From: Armatimonadota bacterium
GTDB lineage: Bacteria; Armatimonadota; UBA5829; DTLH01
Direction of reading: 5' to 3'
NCBI GenBank assembly: GCA_038207085.1
Contig: JBBRAE010000011.1
Location: 20,369 to 84,368 of the forward strand
Length of the DNA stretch: 64,000 nt
Part shown: piece by piece, positions 48,900-56,965 of the stretch
How positions within the stretch are numbered: the stretch's first letter is position 1
Layout: each line of letters opens with the position of its first letter
Translations under genes and position numbers: made by a program
Notes under the pieces: model-generated
What the model was told of the DNA's origin: nothing
The model's database searches: none
Seen by the model: only the letters and a program-made list of their open reading frames with translations

Positions 48900-50069
48900 T
48901 TGGAGCAACAGACCGCTAACATTCCACCTCAGCAGACGGCATATATCGGCCAGCAGAGGCAGGCTTCAGCGCCACTTTCGCTTGACGAGGCGCATGTAGA
49001 CGATTTGCTTCGGCAGGTTGTAGAAAAGGGCGCGTCCGACCTTCATATTTGCGTCGGCATTCCGCCCGTGGTCCGCGTGGACGGCGAGCTTTTGCCGCTC
49101 AATTACGAGCGATTCGAGCCCACGCAGTCCCAGAGGATGATGTATGATATCCTTACAGACGAGCAGATTCAACGGTTTGAGTCTCAGCTTGAGCTTGACT
49201 GTTCCTATACCCTTGGCAAAGTCGCGCGCTTCCGCGTGAACGTGTTCAAGGACAAGGGGTCGGTTGCGGGCGCGTTCCGAATCATCGCGACCAAGATCCC
49301 GACGATCAAGGAGCTCGGTCTTCCACCTATTCTTGAAGAGCTTACTAGAAAGCACAGGGGACTGGTTATTGTTACGGGGCCTACTGGTAGCGGAAAGTCT
49401 ACTACGCTTGCCTCGATGATCAACCAGATGAACTCTGAGCGCAGCGCGCATATCATCACCATCGAAGACCCGATCGAGTATCTGCACCAGCACAAGACCT
49501 GCGTTATCAATCAGCGCGAGGTCGGTCAGGATACTCACGAGTTTGCAAATGCACTCCGAGCTTCTCTTCGAGAAGATCCGGACGTTATCCTGGTTGGTGA
49601 GATGCGAGACCTTGAGACGATGTCGAACGCGATCCGCGCCGCGGAAACCGGCCACCTCGTCTTTGCGACGCTTCATACCAACAGCGCCGCTCAGACCGTC
49701 GACCGAATCGTCGACTCGTTCCCTGCAAGCCAGCAGGAGCAGGTTCGTCTGATGCTTTCGAACAGTCTTCAGGCGGTTCTGTGCCAGCAGCTTTTGCCTA
49801 AGGCGGGAATGCCGGGTAGGGTCTGTGCGATGGAAATTATGATAGCTACTCCGGCTATTCGAAACCTGGTTCGCGAAGCTAAGAGCCACCAGATTACTTC
49901 TATCATACAGACAAGCTCGAACGTTGGCATGCAGACGATGGATCAGCACCTTCGTGATCTCTATACAAGAGGGCTCATCACCTTCGATGACGCTGTGTCA
50001 AGGGCGATGAACCCCGAGGAACTTAAGAAAATGATCGCGACCCCCACATCGGGGCCGATCACAAGATAA
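48900..50069 (+). CDS. pilT: Type IV pilus retraction ATPase PilT
   Basis: ASDLH, GPTGSGKSTT, LREDPD, AETGHLV and AIRNLVRE motifs. Confidence 0.95.
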   Translation: MEQQTANIPPQQTAYIGQQRQASAPLSLDEAHVDDLLRQVVEKGASDLHICVGIPPVVRVDGELLPLNYERFEPTQSQRMMYDILTDEQIQRFESQLELDCSYTLGKVARFRVNVFKDKGSVAGAFRIIATKIPTIKELGLPPILEELTRKHRGLVIVTGPTGSGKSTTLASMINQMNSERSAHIITIEDPIEYLHQHKTCVINQREVGQDTHEFANALRASLREDPDVILVGEMRDLETMSNAIRAAETGHLVFATLHTNSAAQTVDRIVDSFPASQQEQVRLMLSNSLQAVLCQQLLPKAGMPGRVCAMEIMIATPAIRNLVREAKSHQITSIIQTSSNVGMQTMDQHLRDLYTRGLITFDDAVSRAMNPEELKKMIATPTSGPITR

Positions 50070-50174
50070 CTTCCATTTCATATTGAGGATCACGGGTTTT
50101 GGGCTGGCGGGAGACTCCTGCTCAGTCTAAAAGCTTTTATCTTCGATCTGAAATGTCTGTGGGGTTGGTGGATT

Positions 50175-51401
50175 ATGGCAACTTATCAGTATACAGTCCG
50201 AGACGCGAACGGGGCGATGATTCCTGGGTCGGTCGAGGCCGAGAGCGAGTCGTTACTTCGCCGTAGGCTGGCCGAACAGGGGTTTACGGTCGTCGACATC
50301 AAGGAAACTAAGACGGCGAAGAAGAAGAGCGCAACCGCGGGTTTTGGCCGCATTAAGCTGCCTGACCTCGTTATGTTCTGCCGGCAGTTTTCTACGATGA
50401 TCGACGCTGGTGTTTCACTCGTCCGATGCCTTTCGGTTCTTGGCGAGCAGACTGTGAACCCCAAGCTGAAGAGGATCATCACCGATTTGCAGGGTGAAGT
50501 CGAAGCTGGTCAGATGATGTCCAAGGCCCTTGCCAAGTATCCGAGCGTCTTTAACAACCTGTTTGTTGGTCTGGTTCGCGCGGGAGAGATTGGCGGTGTG
50601 CTTGAGGAAAGCCTGCAGAGACTTGCGGGATTCCTTGAGAGTGACCAAAACCTTAGGCGTAAGGTCAAGGCTGCTATGACTTACCCTATGATCGTTATGA
50701 TCATGGCGGTTGTCATCGTCCTTGTGCTTGTAGCTGTCGTGTTGCCGAAGTTTATGGATCTCTTCGCGGGCTTGGGGGCTGGAGAGTTTCCACTTCCAAC
50801 GCAGATTCTGATGAACGCGAGTAACTTCTTGACGAGTAAGTGGTACTTCGCGATTATGATCGGCGCAGGCTTCTATATCGCGTTCAAGATGTTCCTGAAG
50901 ACCAGGGCTGGTCGGCGAACTTTTGACCGGTTCAAGCTGAAAGCGCCGGTGTTCGGGAAACTGAACCATAAGATTGCGCTTGCGAGGTTTGCCAGGACGC
51001 TTGGGACTCTGCTTTCGTCGGGCGTTCCTATTCTTTCAGCGCTTGAGACGGTTGCGGGAACTGTGTCAAACGAGATTATCAGCGATGCTATTCTTGAGGC
51101 CCGTGCGAGGATCCGAGAAGGAGACCGTATTGGCGACCCACTGCAGCGGAGCAAACTGTTCCCTCCAATGGTCGTTCAGATGATCTCTATCGGTGAGGAA
51201 TCCGGCGCCCTTGACCCGATGCTTGAGAAGGTCGCCGAGTTCTACGAGGCCGATGTTGATGCTGCGCTTGAGAGTCTTACTTCTGCTATTGAGCCGCTTA
51301 TGATTCTGTTCCTTGGAGGCGCGGTAGGGTTTATCGTCGTTGCGATGTTCCTGCCTCTGGTCAAGGTCATTACGGTTCTAACCAACGGCGGCGGAGAGTA
51401 G
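50175..51401 (+). CDS. pilC: Type IV pilus platform protein PilC (GspF family)
   Basis: FCRQFSTMIDAGV, AGEIGG, AMTYP, IGEESG and IEP motifs. Confidence 0.95.
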   Translation: MATYQYTVRDANGAMIPGSVEAESESLLRRRLAEQGFTVVDIKETKTAKKKSATAGFGRIKLPDLVMFCRQFSTMIDAGVSLVRCLSVLGEQTVNPKLKRIITDLQGEVEAGQMMSKALAKYPSVFNNLFVGLVRAGEIGGVLEESLQRLAGFLESDQNLRRKVKAAMTYPMIVMIMAVVIVLVLVAVVLPKFMDLFAGLGAGEFPLPTQILMNASNFLTSKWYFAIMIGAGFYIAFKMFLKTRAGRRTFDRFKLKAPVFGKLNHKIALARFARTLGTLLSSGVPILSALETVAGTVSNEIISDAILEARARIREGDRIGDPLQRSKLFPPMVVQMISIGEESGALDPMLEKVAEFYEADVDAALESLTSAIEPLMILFLGGAVGFIVVAMFLPLVKVITVLTNGGGE

Positions 51402-51405
51402 TTTA

Positions 51406-52263
51406 GTGCCATTTTGGTTTTGGGCGGTGGTGGTGTTCGTCTATGGGACGATCGTCGGCAGCTTTCTGAATGTTTGTATTTGGAGGATGCCGAACGATAT
51501 GTCGGTGATCGACCCGCCATCGCACTGTCCGAGGTGCGAGAACAGGCTTCGGGGACTCGATCTGATACCGCTTCTGTCGTTTCTTATGCTCGGCAGAAAG
51601 TGCCGGTACTGCGGCACGCCGATCGGGTGGCGGTATTTTGGGGTTGAGTTGCTTACCGGGCTTCTTGGTGTGGCTTTGTTTTGGAAGTTCCACGCGAACC
51701 TCGCCGACTTCTTCGTGTATGCGCTTTTTGCGGCGGCGCTCATCGCGATTGTGTTCATAGACCTTGAGCACTGGATCATCCCGGACCAGTTGAACATATT
51801 TGGAATCGTCATAGGGATCGCTCGTGACATCTACGGGTTGGTCACACACGAGGCCGGGCATTCATTTTTCTATATGCCCGTGCCTTGGTCTTTGGTTGGG
51901 ATGCTGATCTGCGGCGCGATATTCTACGCGATAGCCTACTTTGGCGAGCTTGCCTTCAAAAAGGAGGCGATGGGCGGTGGAGACATCAAGCTCGCCGCTG
52001 CGATCGGGGCTGTGATCTGCGGAAGCGTTACTTCGTGGATGGGACTTGGCCTCGCGCTGTTATCGTTTTTCATCGCTGTGTTCGTTGGGAGCATCATAGG
52101 CATTGTGGTGATGATCTTCGACAAGAGAACCAAGCGGGTGGTGGACGGCGAGGAGATGGACGAGAAGCACATGGTCCCGTTCGGCCCTATGATGGTCGCT
52201 GGGGTGTTTGTGGTCTGGTTCTTCGGTCCGCAGTTGATCAGTATGTACCTCAGTTACCTGTAA
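51406..52263 (+). CDS. pilD: Prepilin peptidase PilD (A24)
   Basis: GSFLNVCIWR, CPRC/CRYC, IDLEH, MGGGDIKL and PFGP motifs. Confidence 0.95.
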   Translation: MPFWFWAVVVFVYGTIVGSFLNVCIWRMPNDMSVIDPPSHCPRCENRLRGLDLIPLLSFLMLGRKCRYCGTPIGWRYFGVELLTGLLGVALFWKFHANLADFFVYALFAAALIAIVFIDLEHWIIPDQLNIFGIVIGIARDIYGLVTHEAGHSFFYMPVPWSLVGMLICGAIFYAIAYFGELAFKKEAMGGGDIKLAAAIGAVICGSVTSWMGLGLALLSFFIAVFVGSIIGIVVMIFDKRTKRVVDGEEMDEKHMVPFGPMMVAGVFVVWFFGPQLISMYLSYL

Positions 52264-52422
52264 CAGGGCGGGATGTAACGGTCGGGAACAAAGTCGCCCC
52301 TGAGATAATCAAACATATATCTGGGAACGCGACGCATTGGTTTTTTGCGTATGACATGAAGGATATGGCAGAGCTTCGGTCGTATTAGAATTGGCAGAGA
52401 TTCCTGAATAGGGAGGATAGAT

Positions 52423-53250
52423 ATGAATACATTGCGTAAAAAGGGCGGTTTCTCGTTAATCGAGCTTTTGACGGTAATCGCGATCATCGCGATCCTGGCT
52501 GGGATCATATTCCCTGTTATGGCGGCAGTTAAGACGCGTGCACGTATGGTCAACTGCATGACGAACCTGCACGACATTGCTATGGCAGTTCAGCTTTATC
52601 AGCAGGACAACCGGAAGTATCCGGAGACGCTCGGTGGAACTGTAGAAACCGGCAGCGACGGGTCTATCACCCCGTTCGACAGGATCAAAGGGACTGGCGG
52701 TGGGCTGTACCCCGAGTATGTGAAGACTATCAAGGGCTTCCACTGCCCACTTTCGCCTATTACCAAGATGGACGCGGTGCTGCAGGTCGGTCTTCCTGAC
52801 CCAAGTGACGGAACTGGAAGTACTATGAAGGTGCGCGCATATTACGCGTACGATAGCTACGACGTGTTCTATCCCGAGATGCTTCCCTCGGGAGTCAGGG
52901 CTCTAACCCCTGCGGAGTCTCTTGCCAAGGTCAGATATTTGACGAGGTGGGCTCCCAAGGGGACGCCGGACTTTGGCAATGTCGGGGTTTCTCAGTTAGC
53001 CCTCAGTCCGACACCTGGAGAGAACGAAAGCGACTCTCTCAAGGAATACGATTATCGGCGTCAGTTAGTGTTCCGCGCTCCCGGCAAGGACACCATCGTC
53101 ACGTGGTGCAGTTTCCACAACAATGGCAGCGCCAGAGCTTTGGTTCCGGTGCTGTTTTTGGATGGTCACTGCGATCAGTACCCGGCGGTCAATGTGGAAG
53201 GCACTTCCAACTCGGCGGGCAGCAGGTGGAGGATCCATTCCAAGGGGTAG
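52423..53250 (+). CDS. Prepilin-type N-methylation domain protein (DUF1559-like pilin)
   Basis: GG|FSLIELLTVIAIIAILAG, C..NL, FHCP and C-terminal LFLDGH motifs; strong RBS GGGAGG. Confidence 0.85.
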   Translation: MNTLRKKGGFSLIELLTVIAIIAILAGIIFPVMAAVKTRARMVNCMTNLHDIAMAVQLYQQDNRKYPETLGGTVETGSDGSITPFDRIKGTGGGLYPEYVKTIKGFHCPLSPITKMDAVLQVGLPDPSDGTGSTMKVRAYYAYDSYDVFYPEMLPSGVRALTPAESLAKVRYLTRWAPKGTPDFGNVGVSQLALSPTPGENESDSLKEYDYRRQLVFRAPGKDTIVTWCSFHNNGSARALVPVLFLDGHCDQYPAVNVEGTSNSAGSRWRIHSKG

Positions 53251-53273
53251 TGGGATGTAGGTTTTGGTTTTCG

Positions 53274-53327
53274 GGGTAACCATGCCTGCCGCGGCGCGGC
53301 CGCGACGTGGTTACCCTTTGTGTTTTT
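53274..53327 (+). terminator. Intrinsic terminator after the pilin-like gene
   Basis: GGGTAACCA...TGGTTACCC followed by TTTGTGTTTTT. Confidence 0.7.
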
Positions 53328-53409
53328 GGAACAATCTGGCTTGCAGGCTAGTCGAAATATCAGGGGTCAGAGAAGTGATTCGTGACCTTTGAGCAGGCGG
53401 AGGCGGCAA

Positions 53410-55029
53410 TTGAGATACTTGAAAGGAAGCAAGGGCTCCTCGATCATCGAGGTGCTGGTAGTGATGGTAGTCCTCCTCGTGGGCATTCTGGCCATTGTCA
53501 GAATCTTTCCACCTGGGTTTGCTTCCGTACGCCGCTCCGAGGCTGTGACGCTTGCCGGACGACTCGCGCAGCAGGAAATGGAGCGTTGGACCGCCAACTC
53601 CGAGAACCTGCCCGAGGGAATCGTTCCGATCGGCACTGATGGCACCATCTTAAGCCACCAATACCCGGGCCCGCCCATCGACAACGATAACGCCGTTTCA
53701 ATACGCAGGATCATCGGTGAGACTACCCGAATCCCGTTTGGCGGGTGGTCGAGTACTCCGGGCAATGGCTCGACCTATATGCTTGCCTTTGCTCCGATCA
53801 ACACCAGCACTGCAATCGCCGTGCGCGGTGGAAACCTTACCAGAAGAGTCATCGATTCGTCCGCGACCGATGGTACCCAGCCGTGGGACTATCTGTCGCC
53901 GTTTCAGTATGGCATTGACTACGAGGACAAGAAGATAGTCTTTCCGGTATCCGGGCAGGCCCGGGATTATTGGCTGTCTGTATCGTGGATTGAGCATGAA
54001 GGCAGTGCGGAGAACTATAGGTCGGCGACGAATATCTTGATATCTGTGCCGGGTGGAACCGCTGTGTGGTTGCCAATTCTTGTTCCTGTGACAACAGGGG
54101 TTACGGACTGGGAACTCGATGACGGCAGTGACACCGTGTGCCGCGGGTTTATCAACATTGGATCGAACTCTTGGTCGTCGGACCCTTATGAGTATAAGCT
54201 GCTGAACGACATCCTTGGAGTAATATCGTTCAACCCCAATGGATACGTTCAGAAGGAGTTCGGTCGCCCGCTTGAGGCGAGAATCGACTACGATATTCTC
54301 GATCTCGGCATTATTCACGAAGACCGGGTTGTGCCGGTATCCGCTCCGTATCAGATACGAACGACGCTCAAGATGCTCAGGGAGAAGGACTATGATGACT
54401 GGCTGGGCATTTCACTCGATGGCGGCGCGACGCATCTGGATGTCATCGTGGTAGACCTTGAGACCGGGCTTTACGTCACCAACGTAACGTTCAATGATAT
54501 CGACTACAAGGCCGGAGTGATCGACCTTCAAGACAATATTGACCTCTATGGCGGGGTTTCGGTGCCGTCAGCGGGTCGCAATCTGAGAGTTCTTTACAAG
54601 ACCGTGCTGGATTGGTCGCTGCAGTTCCAGAAGGCTTACAACGTCTATTCGAGGGTCTATGCGAACTCGGATGGCACTATGTTACTCGACTACCGCAGCT
54701 ACGCGATCCATTCAGGCAATCCCGACAGGCTGTGGTTCTCCGCGTGCAACTCAAACAACACGATTTCGGTCACATACGAGTGGGACGACTCTGGGACGAC
54801 GAAAAAAGTTGTCGGTGAGTGCAACAGGACAGGCGAGTTGCGCGACCTTAGCAATCCGTGGCCTCCTGGCACCGTGAAATATACTTACATTACGCTCAAG
54901 CACGTACCTACTAGAATATTCACAGTTAACGGGGTTTCGGTGCGTGCCAGGGCTCTTTGGCGTGACACTGACCGGTGGCGTAATGTGGACCTGGATACCA
55001 CTCTACTTAGGAAAGCTGCGAGCTATTAG
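53410..55029 (+). CDS. Large PilV-like minor pilin
   Basis: KG|SSIIEVLVVMVVLLVGILAI class III signal and A..LAQQEME. TTG start after GGAGG (alternative start 53389). Confidence 0.7.
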   Translation: MRYLKGSKGSSIIEVLVVMVVLLVGILAIVRIFPPGFASVRRSEAVTLAGRLAQQEMERWTANSENLPEGIVPIGTDGTILSHQYPGPPIDNDNAVSIRRIIGETTRIPFGGWSSTPGNGSTYMLAFAPINTSTAIAVRGGNLTRRVIDSSATDGTQPWDYLSPFQYGIDYEDKKIVFPVSGQARDYWLSVSWIEHEGSAENYRSATNILISVPGGTAVWLPILVPVTTGVTDWELDDGSDTVCRGFINIGSNSWSSDPYEYKLLNDILGVISFNPNGYVQKEFGRPLEARIDYDILDLGIIHEDRVVPVSAPYQIRTTLKMLREKDYDDWLGISLDGGATHLDVIVVDLETGLYVTNVTFNDIDYKAGVIDLQDNIDLYGGVSVPSAGRNLRVLYKTVLDWSLQFQKAYNVYSRVYANSDGTMLLDYRSYAIHSGNPDRLWFSACNSNNTISVTYEWDDSGTTKKVVGECNRTGELRDLSNPWPPGTVKYTYITLKHVPTRIFTVNGVSVRARALWRDTDRWRNVDLDTTLLRKAASY

Positions 55030-55055
55030 CCCGCTTTGTTCCTGGAGCATAGGCG

Positions 55056-56876
55056 ATGATTTCTAGACCTGCAAAAATTTCAAACAGATGGAGCAGAGGC
55101 GGCTTTACGTTGATCGAGCTGCTGGTGGTTATTTCCATCAGCGTGCTTTTGCTTGGCCTCGTGCTCGCGCCGGTCATTCAGACGTTCAATATGACCTCCA
55201 GAACGAACGCGATGGTGCAGGCCCAGGATACCGCCAGGCTTACGCTCGAACAGGTCAGCCGCGAAGTCGGGCAGGCGATGTTCGTCTACGACAACTCAAA
55301 CAGTCTGATGAACTTCCCCGTAGAGAACCCGGACGGCACGACACAGGTGCTTACCGCGCTCTACGGCAAGATCGACCTGATGCTGCCCAAGCTTGCGATG
55401 CACTGCAAGAATCCGAACCATCCGAACATTCCCCCAGGTCAGCCCCGGGACTACGAGCGCGGCGACGAAGCGTGGCCGCCGTGTCCTGTGTGCAGGGCCG
55501 CCAATGTTCAAGCCACGGATGACGATGTGGAAACCCGTCCCAAGCAGCCGCTATCCGGCGATCCGAAGATTGTGCGCTACTTCGTTGGCTTGAAGAATCC
55601 TGATCCTGCCGCAATTGTTAGTGACATTCCCGTTCCCGGTTATCACGACTGGGGAGAAGGCGCGTCGCCTATCAACGGGTTCATCCTCTACAGGGCTGAG
55701 TTCAGTCCGACGGACCCGAATCTGTTCCCTGTTGGATCTGATGGAAATCTCGATAGCAACGATCCCAATTTCTTCTATAACAATACCGACGCTCCAAACG
55801 GTGAGAGGTTTTGGAAAAACTGGAAGCGCATCTCCGTTCCGGTTGTGCCTAAGGGTGAAACCGACCTTGTCACGTTCAAGCTGAATAGCGCGGGCACATT
55901 GTACACCGCTGTCATGCCAACTGTGCGGTTCCAGCTTACACGGATGACAGCGGACGCCTTTGCGCCGACATATATCACCGACGAAGCCGCCGAGTCACCC
56001 GCAGCCGTTCCAACGCTCTATAGAGCAAGCTACGGCGCGTGGGCGAGCTCACGGGGCGCATCTGAACCTAATCCCTATTACGTTACGCTCTTTAGACCGG
56101 GAAGTCCCGACGCGTGGTATCGAGCAGAGACGGGCAGCTCGGGCCATGTTGTTATAAACAAGTATCTCGCCGGCGCATCGACTGGAACCCCGATCGCCGA
56201 TGTCAGTAACTACGTCTTAAGCGTTCAGTTGGACACGACAGATAGGATCGGCACTTTCCCGTCTCCTGATCCAGACGTGTTGTTTATGATCGACTCCGTC
56301 CGCGGTGAGGCCAGGTTCGATCTTCCAGGGCGGCATGAGATTCCCAAGGCCGACATTGTCACAATGAACGCGAACGTCGCGGCAAACTGGGGGCCAGGGG
56401 ACGTTGGGCCGAGGCGAGAGTATCAGATCACGAGATTTTTGCCCGCGAACAACGCCAAGTTCTACCGTATAGTTCCCGGTACAGAAGTTGTGATGGGGCC
56501 GAATATGACGCCAGGTATTGCGGCCGGGGAGGCAGAGCTCGTTCGCTACGAACGCGTGCCGTTCAACCTCGGCGACCCGGGACGGAATCAGTACCGGATC
56601 GACTACGGCATGCGTAACGTTGCAGACTGTGGGAGAATGTTCTTCAGCCCTGAGGTTGACGAGATCATCCCTCCTACGATGGTTGGTGGGAACTCCACTA
56701 TTACGATCACCTATCGGTTCCAGTGCAACCAGGACGGCGACATCGTCACCGGCAACTATTCGACGAAAAGCCTCCTCACAATTACGATGGGAATCAGATA
56801 TTACGATCGCGGCACAGGCAAGGTGCAGCCCGTTGAGTTAACAAACAAGGTGCGCGTGCGCAACCTTATGAGATAG
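55056..56876 (+). CDS. Large PilW-like minor pilin
   Basis: GG|FTLIELLVV and AQDTAR..LEQVSREV..A; C-terminal strand ELTNKVRVRN; 606 aa. Confidence 0.75.
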   Translation: MISRPAKISNRWSRGGFTLIELLVVISISVLLLGLVLAPVIQTFNMTSRTNAMVQAQDTARLTLEQVSREVGQAMFVYDNSNSLMNFPVENPDGTTQVLTALYGKIDLMLPKLAMHCKNPNHPNIPPGQPRDYERGDEAWPPCPVCRAANVQATDDDVETRPKQPLSGDPKIVRYFVGLKNPDPAAIVSDIPVPGYHDWGEGASPINGFILYRAEFSPTDPNLFPVGSDGNLDSNDPNFFYNNTDAPNGERFWKNWKRISVPVVPKGETDLVTFKLNSAGTLYTAVMPTVRFQLTRMTADAFAPTYITDEAAESPAAVPTLYRASYGAWASSRGASEPNPYYVTLFRPGSPDAWYRAETGSSGHVVINKYLAGASTGTPIADVSNYVLSVQLDTTDRIGTFPSPDPDVLFMIDSVRGEARFDLPGRHEIPKADIVTMNANVAANWGPGDVGPRREYQITRFLPANNAKFYRIVPGTEVVMGPNMTPGIAAGEAELVRYERVPFNLGDPGRNQYRIDYGMRNVADCGRMFFSPEVDEIIPPTMVGGNSTITITYRFQCNQDGDIVTGNYSTKSLLTITMGIRYYDRGTGKVQPVELTNKVRVRNLMR

Positions 56877-56953
56877 CCAGCTTTATTCGTGAAGCGAATA
56901 AAGCTATTGCTAGCAGAGCATTATTCACGAGAAGTGTGAATAGCATGAGATAG
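56873..56953 (-). mobile_element. Degenerate MITE/REPIN-like element copy 5, flanked by ATAG direct repeats
   Basis: ATAG-CCAGCTTTATTCGTGAAGCGAATAAAGC...GCATTATTCACGAGAAGTGTGAATAGCATGAG-ATAG; 81 bp. The left TAG is the upstream gene's stop codon. Confidence 0.75.
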
Positions 56954-56965
56954 TCCCGAACGAGG

